This document shows, one piece after another, positions 36,474-49,836 of a stretch of 64,000 nucleotides of DNA. Both the position numbers and the translations under genes were made by a program. A model generated the notes under the pieces. That model was given only the letters and a program-made list of their open reading frames with translations, was not told the origin of the DNA and made no database searches. How positions within the stretch are numbered: position 1 is the first letter of the stretch; each line of letters opens with the position of its first letter. Origin of the DNA: Octopus sinensis (Eukaryota); the NCBI RefSeq assembly GCF_006345805.1, contig NC_043000.1, positions 13,640,001 to 13,704,000 on the forward strand, given 5' to 3'.

Positions 36474-37379
36474 ATGAGGTGGGGCATTATCTTGCATGAA
36501 GACCAGCTTCCTCTAGAATGAAAGTTTTTTGCTTTTTAAAATGCACTTGGAAATTGTCTTTTAAGAAGGTAACATATGTTTTCGATGTCATCCTAATACC
36601 ATCTGGGACTTTCCAAGGTCTGACCATTTGCGGCCTATTTCTAATGTACAGGTGTTGTCAATATCAGCACCCTTATTATAATTATATATACACCTATACA
36701 TTAGAAATAGGCCGCAAATGGTCTACAAACCACTTAAGTTCATAGACCATTTGGGGATCTATTTATAGCATACAGGCATTGTCGTTTCAGTGCCCTTATA
36801 ATTATAGTTTATAATTCTACTTAAAAATAAATATGAATTAATTATTATGGTCATGTTAGTATGCTAGCCACTGATAAATTATCAAAGATATATACATATA
36901 TATATAGCATGTTAGTATGCTAGCCACTGATAAATTATCAAATATATATATATATATATATATATCTTTGATAATTTATCAGTGGCTAGCATACTAACAT
37001 GACCATAATAGTTAATTCATATTTATTTTTAAGTAGAATTATAAACTATAATTATAAGGGCACTGAAACGACAATGCCTGTATGCTATAAATAGATCTCC
37101 AAATGGTCTATGAACTTAAGTGGTTTGTAGACCATTTGCGGCCTATTTCTAATGTATAGGTGTATATATAATTATAATAAGGGTGCTGATATTGACAACA
37201 CCTGTACATTAGAAATAGGCCGCAAATGGTCAGACCTTGGAAAGTCCCAGATGGTATTAGGATGACATCGAAAACATATGTTACATTCTTAAAAGACAAT
37301 TTCCAAGTGCATTTCAAAAAGCAAAAAACTTTCATATTAGAGGAAGCTGGTCTTCATGCAAGATAATGCCCCACCTCAT
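36474..37379. repeat. ~900-bp fold-back palindrome centred on (TA)n
   Basis: Arms 36474-~36890 and ~36960-37379 are reverse complements with about 5 substitutions. The duplicate ORFs 36518-36745(+) and 37108-37335(-) confirm this. Confidence 0.93.
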
Positions 37380-37996
37380 GCAGCGAAGAATTCTAAGAAA
37401 TTCTCTCCGGAGGTTATCTGATGGAGTGGCCACCTTAAACCTGATTGAGAACCTGTGGAGTGTCCTGAAGAGGCACGTTTACCAGGATGGATGGTGGTTT
37501 TCAAGCAAAGTTGCCCTCTGGGATGCTGTTGTAGATGCTGCTCAAAGCACAACACAAGAGGATATCATCACCTTGACAAATTCAATGGATAAGTACATAA
37601 GGAAGGTTATTGCATATGGAGGATCATACATTCAGCATTAGGAGCTGCATGACATAATCCCATGATTATTTTCATTCAAACATATTATTATCTTTACCAT
37701 CAAAATCCTTTATGAATAATTTTTTTGTTAAACCTTTACTGTTGAATTAAATAAATGTTTGTTCTGACACAATCATCATTTTTATGACACTTGCTTGATA
37801 ATTTATGATTGTGAAAATTTTGGCTAATTGGAAAAATGGCCACCATTTGTTGGCATTTGAGCAGATTCAATTCATTTTAACAGAAAGTGCACAGATAGCT
37901 GTTGCCAACAGTTAGTAGAAAAACAACTGGTTTCGAATGAATATACATTTATTTGTAGAGAGAAGGTTGATTTGTTTCATAATGTGGGATGCAGTG
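37240..37996 (+). pseudogene. Tc1-like (DD34E) transposase 3' relic with right TIR
   Basis: DGIRMTSKTYVTFLKDNF...FMQDNAPPH...LNLIENLWSVLKRHVY...SMDKYIRKVIAYGGSYIQH*. The right end is cataatgtgggatgcagtg-TA. Confidence 0.87.
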
Positions 37997-38248
37997 TATA
38001 TCTAAACACACACACACACACACACATATATATAAGCATTCAAGCATGGTTGATGCCAGTACCGCTTGACAAAAAACACCCACTACACTCTCGGAGTGGA
38101 TTGCATTAGGAAGGGCATCCGAATCAGATGTCAGATCAGATTGGAGCCTGGTGCAGCCTCCTGACTTGCCAGTCCTCAGTCAAACCATCCAACCCATGCT
38201 AGCATGGAAAGCAGACATTAAAACGATGTTGATGATGATGATGGTATG

Positions 38249-38298
<50 letters not shown>

Positions 38299-40968
38299 AA
38301 TAAAAATCAGAGCTGCTAAGTTTTTGCAATGTTGGAAACCCTTATGCATCTTCAGCAGGTATCTCAGTCTCCTAAGAGTTTCACTCTTTAACCTCTATGC
38401 TTCACCAGAGTGCTGCAGCAAAGACTGAACTGGCCTTTGCCTACAGAACATTTCCATCTGTGGTCTCTTGTCAAACCACAACCACCTTGGATTGGTCTCA
38501 TTTGCCTTGATATTTCCTCAATGGCTTTCCTCGGTTATCTGGATTCTAAACCAATCTTCTGTGAGAAATAATGCACTGACACTGATTTTGCTGGGAAACT
38601 GACTTCATTATGGGCTGAAGCTGTGTGGCATCCTTTGGCAAAACCCTCATCGACCAAGTCCTAATATTTGGTTTCCTTCGTTTCTTCAGCTGGTAAGAAA
38701 TGTCAAACCTGTTCTCCTCAAGTACTGTGAGCTCAACTCCAATGATCATTTTGCACTCCGAGATAGAAGGAATATATTTGGTTGGAGTAATGTTACTATC
38801 ACCTTTTCTGGAAAAAATATATCTACCTTTCAGATCCAGTTGCATTTCCCAGTTAGACTTGTTGCAAAATAGAAAACAGTTTCCCCATAGCAGCTTTCAC
38901 CTGAAGGAACTTTTGTATCATCATCATCATCTCTTAACGTCCATTTTCTGTGCTGGTATGGGTTGAAGAGTTAGACCAGAGCTGGTAATCTGCACCACAT
39001 TCCATTCTGACTTAGTTTAGTTTCTTTGGCTGAATCCTTCCTAGCGTCAACCACTTTACAGTGTGGGCTAGACGCTTTTAATGTACCACCAGTATGAGTC
39101 CTTTTTACATGGCACTGGCATGAGATGGTACTAGCATGATATATATATATCAAAGTCATCATCATCATCACCACCATTTAATGCTCATTTTCCATGCATG
39201 CATGTGTAGGAGGGTTGACAGGAGCCAGCTAGGTATAAAAACTATCCTCGGCTACTGTGTGCTTTGGCAGGGTTTTTACAGCTGAATGCCCTTCCAAATG
39301 TGTGTGTGTATGTACAATATATAGAATATCAGCATCTTTATAGATGCTATGTATATATATATATATACACACATCTATATATATATATATATATATATTA
39401 ATTATATATATATTATATATATATAATGTTATACATAGTGTTATACATAGTGTATGGAAAGTGGCTCTGTATATATATATATATATGGGTGTGTGTATGT
39501 GGGTTTGAGTCCTATGCACATGGAAAACCCAATTTGTTTCCATCAAGGGCTTAAATGCCCCAATATTAGACCATTTTCTTTGGTCAATACATGGTGATTG
39601 CATATAAGCTTTGAGCTTTTAAAATTCTATTACTTAAAGAATGTGTATGTGTGTGAAGGCACATGGCTTAGTGGTTAGGGTGCTGCACTCACAATTGTGA
39701 GATCATTGGTTTGATTCCCAGACTGGGCGTTGTGTTGTGTTCTTGAGCAAAGCACTTCATTTCACATTGCTCTGTGATCATTTCAACATCTGACATGTGG
39801 CACTTGTTGCACCCATACAGGTAATGTCGATCTGATGGAAAGAGTGAGCTTATGTCTACACAAACATTTTGATCACTATAAACAAATCATCTTCTGTGGT
39901 TGTTCAGTTAGAAATTGTCAAACCCTCATATGTCAATCTAACACCAGGAAAGTCCATTATACATATAAGGTTATACAGTGTGTGTAGAAAGGATTATAAT
40001 CCAAACTGTATCCTTGTGAAGCATTATTTTACTTCCATCTCAATCCTTTTCATCTCTCTATCTCTTAATATACTCCTAATGAATTCTACAAACTATAAAT
40101 TGTAATTCCATCCAAGTTACGCTGCATTATTTTGAAATCTTTGTCTAAGGAATTACAGATAAAACATCACATACGTCTTTTCTACGTGTTTACACATATT
40201 ATGAATTATATTTAAGTTTAGGACATTGTTATTATTATTATTATCAATATTAATATCTGTATTCATAGTGAATTTACTATATTCTAATGAAACCCATGTG
40301 ATATGGAATTAAAAATATACCAAACTTTCTAATTTCTGTTCTATGTTGTACATGTATATTTGTAAATATGTGTGTGTGTGTGTGTGCGTGTGTGTGTGTG
40401 TGTGTGTGCACGTGCACACATGTGCGTATGTGTATTTATTCACATAAACATGTATATGTATGTATGTATGTAGGTAGGTAGGTAGGTTGGTAGGTAGGTT
40501 GGTAGGTAGGTGGTAGGTAGGTAGGTAGGTAGGTAGGTAAGTAGGTAGGTAGGTAGGTAGGTAGGTAGGTAGGTAGGTAGGTAGGTAGATAGCTAGGTTG
40601 GTAAGTTGGGAGGTTGATAAGTAGGTAAATTCACACATATATTTACAAATAGAGGGAAAGATAAAAAGGTGAGAAAGATAGAGAGAGAAAGAGAAAAGAG
40701 AGAAAGAAAGAGAAAAGAGAGAAAGGAAGAAGAGTGAGAGAGGGAAGAGAGACAGAGTGAAAGAGAAAGATATCTAACTTGTTAGCTCTCTCTCTCTCTC
40801 TCTTCCTATCTGTCTAGCTAGTTAGCTAATAATGTCCATACTATACATAAATATGCAAAACATACACCAACAAACACAAACATACACACTCACACACACA
40901 AAGATGCATATGCACGCACACATGCACACACCCATTACTATGTTGAAGCTGTTTATATTTCACCAGGA

Positions 40969-41348
40969 GGCGCAATGGCCCAGTGGTTAGGGCAGCGGAC
41001 TCGAGGTCATAGGATCGCAGTTTCGATTCCCAGACCGGGCGTTGTGAGTGTTCATTGAGTGAAAACACCTAAAAGCTCCACGAGGCTCCGGCAGGGGATG
41101 GTGGTGATCCCTGCTGTACTCTTTCACCACAACTTTCTCTCACTCTTACTTCCTGTTTCTGTTGTACCTGTATTTCAAAGGGCCGGCCTTGTCACTCTCT
41201 GTGTCACACTGAATATCCCCGAGAACTACGTTAAGGGTACACGTGTCTGTGGAGTGCTCAGCCACTTACACGTTAATTTCACGAGCAGGCTGTTCCGTTG
41301 ATTTGGATCAACCGGAACCCTCATCGTCGTAACCGACGGAGTGCTTCC
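40969..41348 (+). mobile_element. tRNA-derived SINE, family C (full length)
   Basis: ggcgcaatggcccagtggttagggcagcggactcg...gtttcgattcccagacc tRNA-like head. Near-identical to 49837-50216. Confidence 0.92.
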
Positions 41349-42040
41349 TATATTTCGCCAAAAATATTACCAACAAAAAGTAAGAAAAGAGATAAAAGTA
41401 TAAATAGTTACATGAAGGACCCTCCTCCTGAACACCAACTCATTCACCCCTTAACGGGGGGGGGGCTTCTTGACTCCCTCTACCACTTCAAACTAGTCAC
41501 CAATGAAAAGAAAACACAGTTGTCAAAAAGGACAACTTCCATCAGCACTTGCAGAAGTTATCTATCCGCATGCACCTTATTGCTACTTAGCTACTTAATT
41601 TCGCTGCACTATCATGCATGTGTGTGGTTTCATAGATTCAAATCATGGCAAGGAGAGAGAGCGAGAGAGCGAGAGAGAGAGGTGTTTTTTCTAGATAGTA
41701 ACAGAAAGGCATTGTTGCAGTTTAGGCTGCCGCTCTTGTTGTTGACATTGTTTATCAGTTTTTAGTGCTTTACGATGTGCACTCTACCCACCATCTATAT
41801 AAATGTCATTTCTAAAACAGCAGCAACAACAACACCTAAATTGATTGATGCAGATTTATGAACTAATAGTAATAATTCTTCTGCTAACAGCAAGCCACAC
41901 TCAAGCTTTCTGGAGCCTGAAGGTGCCATCTTTTAAAAACTCGTCTTACATGAGTATTAAACCCTTCAGAATTCAAATTACTATGTTAAATGTAACACTT
42001 ATTTATTCAAATTGATTTCTATTAATCATGCCTTGTCTTA

Positions 42041-42446
42041 TACTCTTTACTCTTTTACTCTTTACTCTTTTACTTGTTTCAGTCATTTGACTGCAGCCAT
42101 GCTGGAGCACCGCCTTTAGTCGAGTAAATCGACCCCGGGACTTATTCTTTGTAAGCCCAGTACTTATTCTATCGGTCTCTTTTGCCGAACCGCTAAGTGA
42201 CGGGGACATAAACACACCACCATCGGTTGTCAAGCAATGCTAGGGGGACAAACACAGACACACACACGCATACATATATATATATACATATATACGACAG
42301 GCTTCTTTCAGTTTCCGTCTACCAAATTCACTCACAAGGCATTGGTTGGCCCGGGGCTATAGCTGAAGACACTTGCCCAAGATGCCACGCAGTGGGACCG
42401 AACCCGGAACCATGTGGTTGGTTAGCAAGCTACTTACCACACAGCC
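42041..42446 (-). mobile_element. tRNA-derived SINE, family A (young)
   Basis: Same sequence as 20392-20808. Confidence 0.92.
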
Positions 42447-42789
42447 TTCAATGATATAACTGCTTCCTTTTAGAATGACATTGCAGGGTATGCATGAAAA
42501 GCTGGATTTGGTTAGTTTGAACAGAAAACAGGTAGAATATTTTGACCAAATAAAGCTAGTTTAAATGCTAAACACTAACAAGTTGGGTGGTACTGTATGC
42601 CAAGAAAACACTTTTTAATCTCTCAGTCCAAACCATGGGGAGATAACTAATGCACATACTTTTGCTCCATATTTAGAACACATAAAAGCACCAAGGGCAT
42701 ATGTTCCAGGTGCACTAGGTGTCAGCAGCACACCTATTGAAAATGGAAAATTCATTCTAAATATTATCGTCATCATCACCATCACTATC

Positions 42790-43310
42790 ATCGTTTAATG
42801 TCCGTCTTCCATGCTGGCATGGGTTGGACAGTTTGACTGAGGACTGGCAAGCCAGTAGGTTGCACCAGGCTCCAATCTGATCTGGCAAGGTTTCTACAGC
42901 TGGATGCCCTTCCTAATGCCAACCACTCTGAGAGTGTAGTGGGTGCTTTTTACATGTCACCGGCAGGGGTGCCAGTCAGGCGGCACTGGCATCGACCATG
43001 TTCAGATGGTGCTTTTTACCCGTCACCGGCACAGGGAGCTAGTCAGGTGGTACTGGAATCAACCCATGCTTGAATAGTGTTTATTTTGTGCCATCAGCAT
43101 GGGTGCCAGTCAGGCAGCACTGGATCGATCCACACTTGAATGGTGCTTATTACATGCCAGTCAGGTGACACTGGCATCAACTACGACTACAATTTCACTT
43201 GACTCAACAGGTCTTCTCAAGCACACTTTATCACCCAACGATTCAAGGGTTCTTTTAAATGGGCTGGTTAGGCAACACTGGTATTGGCCACAGCTGCAAT
43301 CTCACCTTAC
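42790..43310 (-). mobile_element. Older RTE 3' UTR/tail copy with internal subrepeats
   Basis: (CAT)n-ttaatgtcc...ggatgcccttcctaatgccaaccactc, followed by several gccagtcagg...cactgg subrepeats. Confidence 0.8.
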
Positions 43311-44352
43311 TCATTAATTTAATCACAAATCTTAGGAAAATTTTTGGTATACCCCTGCATGAAATTTCGAGGCATTGGGTATGGCAGCATACCCAATAAA
43401 ACAACTACGAAATGCCACTGGAAAACACACATCTCTCAGATAAAAAGAGATTGACTGAAAGCTATTAAATAGAAATACCTAAAATTGATGGTATTATTTG
43501 GAATTGGCAATAAGTGAGTCTAATACCAATATTGCATCTACAGGTGAAGCAATATTGGTATAAGGTGTAGGCAAGGCTGTGTGGTTAATAATAATAATAA
43601 TAATAATAATGAAATTATTGTATACAGTGCTCAGGTGCACCACAACTTGTCAGAAAGTGCATATAAAGTACATACAATTTCCACCATCTCTCTATCATTT
43701 ACAATTTGATGAAATGAGTTTAGAGGTTATCTTTTATATCATCCCTGTTATTCAACTGTAGTGTCACTTATACAGTACCATCAATAAGCTGATGTTAATT
43801 CTACTTTGGCAGCTAGGCTTCACAGTTACAAGGACTTCAAAATGTGTTGATTAAATCAAAATATCTGGTGAACAATTTGCATCTCCACTTAAAACAACAA
43901 GACATTGTTCGTGGATTTATTTCTAATCAAAACATAGGAAATCGAACAAACCAACAGAAAAATTTCGTAGGATTTAGCTAACATAATATTTCTTTATAGA
44001 TATCAAAAAGTGATCATCTGCCTCATGAGTTGCATGTTAAAAATGAATTTTTAAAATTATTTCTCGGGCAATTAAGGTTAAAATCACACACAAAAAAAAA
44101 TGGCATTTAAGTTTTAGATATTTTTTTCTTTCTATAAGACTCCATGGGTTTTTTTCAGTTGTCTATTTTTCCTTTTCAATTAAAAATTTGCTTATATTTT
44201 GAAATCTGTTGCAACATCTGGTGCCAGGATTTTTAGGGTTGCTGAAAAAGTTGTTGTAGTAGCTATTGGATCAAGTGGTCTTGGGTTCAGTCTCACTTCA
44301 CAGCACCTTGAACATGTGCATGTATGTATGTATGTATGTATGTATGTATGTA

Positions 44353-44383
<31 letters not shown>

Positions 44384-45299
44384 ATGTATGTATGCATGTA
44401 TGCATGTATGTATTCATGTATGCATGTATGTATGTATGTATTCATGTATACATGCATGTATGCATGTATGTATGTGTGTATGTATGTATGTGTGTATGTA
44501 TGTATGTATGTGTACGTACATGTGTGTGTATGCATGTGTGTGTATGTATATGTGTATGTATGTGTGTATGTATGAATGTAGATGTTATGTATGCATGTAT
44601 GTGTGTGTGTGTACATGTATGTATTTGTGTTTATGTATACATATGTATGTGTGTATGAATGTATGTACGTATGCATATATATTGTGTGTGTATGTATGTA
44701 TGTATGTGTGTGTGTATGTATGCAACTGGTGTTGGTTTGCTTACATCCCCATCACTTAGCAGTTCAACCTAAGGCTCTGATAGAATATGCACCAAACTTT
44801 AAAATAAGTAATGGAGCCAGTATGTTTGATTAAACCCTTCAAGATGGTGCTCTAGCATGGCCACAGTCCAATGGCTGACACAAGTAAATGATGAAAGATA
44901 AAGATACTTTCAAATTCTACCGGCAAATAAGACTGCAACCAGTTTGGTGCCAGAGTTAACCTGAATTTTTAGAAAGAGAATTAAGAACTAAGGTTGCTAA
45001 AAAGGAGAAAGTGTGAAGGTATGTCAGGGCAACAGTAGATGGAGCTATCTGGAATGCCATGGCACCAAACTAATAAAGAAACATCCTTGTTTCTACACAG
45101 AAATTCAACTGGCTCAAATTTCTCCACCATCGAAAATCTCCCTGCTGTCTTCTGATTGAGGGCCACTGCACATGGCAGGATTACACCTTAAATATGTGAA
45201 ACTATGAAGATTGATTGATCACAGACAGAATATCATCAATTGAACAAATAAATGACAGAGGATATGGAGCAGTTGGGGAGAGCAACAATGATTGTAGCA

Positions 45300-45700
45300 A
45301 CAGAAATGGAAAGGGTGGAAGAAGGGGAGGAGGATGCCAATGATGCAGATGAGGAGTAGGAGAAGGATGCAGAGGGGGAGGAGGGGAGGAGGATGCAGAA
45401 GAGGAGGAGGGGAGGATGATGCAGAGGGGGAGGGAGGCAGAAGAGAAGGGAAAGAGGAGGCAAAAGAGGGAGAAGAGAGGCTGAAGAAGAGGAGAGGCAG
45501 AAAAGGAGGTGGCAGAAGTGGAGGAGAGGCAGAGGAGAAGGAGAAGAGGCTGAGGAGGAGGAGAGACAGAGGAGGAATAGGAGGCAGGTTAGGAGGACGG
45601 AGTAGATGTAGGGGTGGAAGAAACAGAATTGGAAGAAGAAGAAGAAGAAGAAGAAGAAGAAGAAGACGACAACGACAGAGGAGAGGAGGAGGACATAAGT
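45300..45700. repeat. GA-rich low-complexity tract with (GAA)n
   Basis: Purine-rich + strand. It accounts for the R/G-rich and S/L/P-rich ORFs. Confidence 0.93.
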
Positions 45701-47212
45701 GGAGAATGATGATTTCATATTTCATTTTCCCATGTCCATCATCTAACCTAAGTACACAGATGATCAAGGCAAGACAATGATTGCTTGTGCACCCAGTAAA
45801 TCACCAACTACTGGGTCATGGTGGTGCAACCACCCACATTCTTCCGCTATGGACATACCACTCTGCAAGTCACAGAATTTGATCCTGGGTAAATCTATCT
45901 ATTACCATCCTATCTACCAGTACCATTTACTTACTTTCACAACTCACAAATGAACTTGGCATCTATAAAAGTAAAAAAAAAAACGGTGACTTAAAGATGG
46001 TGATGATGGTGTATGAACAAAGGTAAAAGAAAGGTCATGTTTAAGGTGAGGATATAATAACAAATATAAGTTGATTCATGCATCAGCAGCCCAGTTCTAC
46101 TTTGTGCTTCCACTAATAATCTCTACCGACCCAGTACCAGGAGCACACATGATCCACTCCTTACCAAAAATCAAAAGCAAGGAAGAAAAATAAAAGAATA
46201 AAAAAAAAAAACTACACATGGGATCTACCCCTAAGAACACATACATATGATACTTGAACAGAGCAAACTCCTATCATCTGGAAAGTGGAACCAAACTGTA
46301 TTATTTATTTATTTACTTTATTTTATTATTATTTTTTTTTATCCTGCTTTAACAGTTTGAAGTTTGACATTTTTACTGACAAGTGACTATACTAACATAC
46401 TTCTTGCTCCAAAATATTTTTGAAACAGAAGTACAAGGAGAGGCTAAAATATACACCCCTTCCTCAAAATGGAAAAAAAAAATCATACAAAAAATATTAA
46501 TAAAATAAAAAGAAAATGCTAGAATATACATTTATCTCAACCAAACATAACTTTTTTTCCACCCTACTCCATGGTTAAAAAAAAATTCCCTTCCAAGATT
46601 TTTCATGGTAGAGAAGGAGGTTGGTGGAGGCTACTGGAGAGAGGTCTTGTAGAGTCCACCCATGTTCTACCCCACCAAGGAGAATTGTAACAGGCTTACT
46701 TAAAGTTGAAACCTGATTAGGTCTTTAACAGTTAGTAGTTATTGCAATAAATAAGATTTTGGTTTTGACCTCCTCCTCCTCCTCCTCCTCCTCCTCACTC
46801 TTATTCTTTGTCTTCATCTTTCTTCTTTTCCTGACAGTCTTTCCTCTCTGGACCATGAGGAAAGAGGAGCTTAAGGCTCTAACACATTTTTGATGGAATG
46901 GAAAATGAGTGAGAGGGTGAGAAAGAGAGGTGAAAAGAAGAGGGAAAAGAGTGAGAGAGACAGAGAGAGGGAGGGAGAGAGAAAGAGAGGTGACTGAGAG
47001 GGAGCATGGAGTAGGGAGATCAAATTACTTGATCCCTTTTTTTTACCATTGTTTTTCCATACCAGCAAAAATTAATTACACACAAACACATGCCTGCATG
47101 CACATAAAAACACACACACACATATATACTTGCATACATACATTTATACATATGTACATATCTATCTATATATATATATATATACACACATACACATACA
47201 TACATATATCTT

Positions 47213-47252
<40 letters not shown>

Positions 47253-47348
47253 ACCATATATACATACATACATATATATACATATATATAAATATATATA
47301 TATATGCATGTATATATATATACACACACATATCTATATACATATATA

Positions 47349-47384
<36 letters not shown>

Positions 47385-47666
47385 TATATATATACACACA
47401 TATCTATATACATATTTAAACATATATGGCGGTGCCCCAGCATGGCCACAGCTCATGAGCTGAAACTGGAAAAATCAAAATCATATACAGATATACATAT
47501 ATGTATATGTGTGTATATATATATACATATATATACATATATATATACAAACATATATAATACATATATATACATATATATTTCTGAGCACTTTATTTCT
47601 TCTAATATACACACACACATATATATATAGATACATATATACATATATACACATATATATACATAC

Positions 47667-47723
<57 letters not shown>

Positions 47724-47728
<5 letters not shown>

Positions 47729-47920
47729 TATATAGAAGGAGCTTCTACAGGACTAGAACTGTTTCATTCAAGAGAAATCTTCAGGGCTTCCTGAAGATTT
47801 CTCTTGAATGAAACAGTTCTAGTCCTGTAGAAGCTCCTTCTATATAATAAATTAATTTACTCTGCTATGTATTGAGTACCTTATTTACTGTGGTTAACCC
47901 CGAATCAACCCGGGACCTAC
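47724..47920. mobile_element. Palindromic non-coding element carrying a hammerhead ribozyme, between (TA)n tracts
   Basis: Perfect 62-bp arms 47724-47785 / 47790-47851 with loop gctt. A 69-bp unpaired extension to ...cccgggacctac is shared with 33179-33321. Confidence 0.88.
47784..47837 (+). ncRNA. Type I hammerhead ribozyme (second family)
   Basis: Stem I gggcttc/gaagctc, core CTGAAGA (47791-47797), stem II T.T + ttc/gaa with loop tctt, GAAA (47810-47813), stem III acag/ctgt with loop ttctagtc, triplet GUA (cut after 47829). Confidence 0.68.
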
Positions 47921-47922
47921 AT

Positions 47923-47971
<49 letters not shown>

Positions 47972-48037
47972 TATATACATATATATATACATATAATATA
48001 TATATACATATATATATATATATACATATATAAATAT

Positions 48038-48123
<86 letters not shown>

Positions 48124-48129
48124 GTATAT

Positions 48130-48300
48130 GTATATATATAGAACAACAACACGAGGACGTAGTACATGCAAAGTATTAGCATGCGCTCAGGGAAAGAAAG
48201 AAAGGTAGTTTTATGTTTCAAAGAAACTCTTCTTCATATTCAGGAGACAGAGGAAAATTCAAGAGAAAAGGAAGACAGAGGGAAAAAAAAATCAGCAACG
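48130..48300 (-). mobile_element. Decayed PLE-like terminal repeat remnant
   Basis: Minus strand aTGAAGAAgagtttcttTGAAAcat. Same layout and flanking context as 3560-3745. Confidence 0.35.
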
Positions 48301-48499
48301 ATCCGCATATAATTAGCATTTTGACACACACACACACACACATAGACATGAATACATACATACAGATTTAGTCATAAAAGTGTTTGCGTAAACAAAAACA
48401 CTACAGTTCTTAGTGTGTGTGTGTCTTCATCCTCATCATTTTGATGCACATTTTCTAATGCTTTCATGGGTTAGATGAGTCTTTGCTAGCACAACAATA

Positions 48500-48790
48500 T
48501 TGCCACATACTGCATTCTATCATTCCATTGTTATCACCTCTTTCAGCCTCTTGGGATCACATTTCATCACTTCTTCCCCAGTATCATCCTTGGTCTTTCT
48601 CTCCTTCTTGGATTGATTGCTTGGCATTTCTTTAGCCAACTGTCAGCATTACACCACATGTCTATAACTATGCATTCTCCTCTTTCTCTTATGCAGCACA
48701 GCTCATCATTTTCCATTATCTTTGCCTGCAGCAGAATGCACAATAACATGAGATATTTTATCTCCACAGTATGAATCTTATGCTATCAAA
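48500..48790 (-). pseudogene. Highly decayed RTE ORF C-terminus
   Basis: IRERGEC...NADSWLKKCQAINPRRRERPRMILGK aligns by eye to VQERRLRWYGH...CVRKCQSL...RGRPRKTW. Confidence 0.55.
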
Positions 48791-49308
48791 CATACCTCAT
48801 GTTAGTTTCATCAGCCATACTCTTCTGTCCTGGCTTAGGGCAAGATGAAGGAGGCTGTTAATTTTGGGGTTTTCCTTCTCTTGGATTGATTGCTTTCACT
48901 ACAGCTAAGGAGCTTAATCTACTCTTACAAAAAAAATCTATTTAACCTGTAGATGGAACCCTGACAGGTAATACCATTCCGGATCAAAACAGATCTGGGA
49001 GTAATGATAATTAAGTGGTGACTCCATGCTCCCCAAAACTCCAGAACCTCTGAACTGGAGCCACACCACTGGATGCAGCTTAATGTCATGCCAAAAGGCT
49101 ATAGCTCAGTGGTCCTGAGTCTTTTTTGCCCCATAGACTGATTTCATGCAAGATAAATTGTTCAAGAACTGAGACATCATATGCATAACAAAACAAAATA
49201 AAGTGCATGATATATAATTCAATTATTACGTATATATAAGACATAAATAATACAAAACACCCTCCCTACAGACTGAAATAATCAAGCAAATAGGGATAAA
49301 AAATAGAT

Positions 49309-49658
49309 TTAACCTTTTAGCATTTAAACCAGTCATATCAAGCCCAAATATTCTACTTGTTTTGAACCTAAAACTAGCCAGATCCAATCTCTCACACCTA
49401 GCCTACAATGTCATTCTAGAAATATACAATCACATTTTCTTTTCTACTCTAGGCCTGAAATTTTGGGGGTGGGGGCCAGTCAATTAGATCAACCCCAGTA
49501 CACAACTGGTACTTAATTTATCAACCCTGAAAGGATGAAAGGCAAAGTAGACACATCATTGAAATTTTGAAGCTACATGACAATGCAGGATTAATTCGAA
49601 GCAACGTGAATAAATAAGCATTACACTTAACAGAATATACTGAATGCTAAAGAGTTAA
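49309..49658. mobile_element. piggyBac-like MITE (TTAA), interrupted by a family B SINE fragment
   Basis: TTAA-ccttttagcattt ... gaatgctaaagag-TTAA. A partial inverted copy lies at about 42470-42590. Confidence 0.7.
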
Positions 49659-49836
49659 AAATTGATTTTTTTCTGTGTGGCCCAGTACCAGATGATCTGG
49701 TGCCTGGTACTAGTCTGCAATCTGGGGACTCCTGCTATATCTGATTTCTCTTGCACCCCATTTTTCTCGCAATATATTTCTGTTCTGTTGTTTGAGTACG
49801 CTACATTTCACACTACATTTATTTTTCATTCGTGGC

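Noticed and set aside
36474-37379. Palindromes as pure assembly or read fold-back artefacts
   Set aside because: The arms differ by substitutions or indels (36.5, 33.9, 61.8 and 28.4 kb), and the 47.7 kb turn recurs independently at 33.2 kb. An artefact is unlikely but still needs long-read confirmation.
38546-38845. 99-aa minus-strand ORF in non-repetitive sequence
   Set aside because: It has no recognisable motif and no consistent splice frame, so I cannot support it as a CDS or as a specific TE relic.
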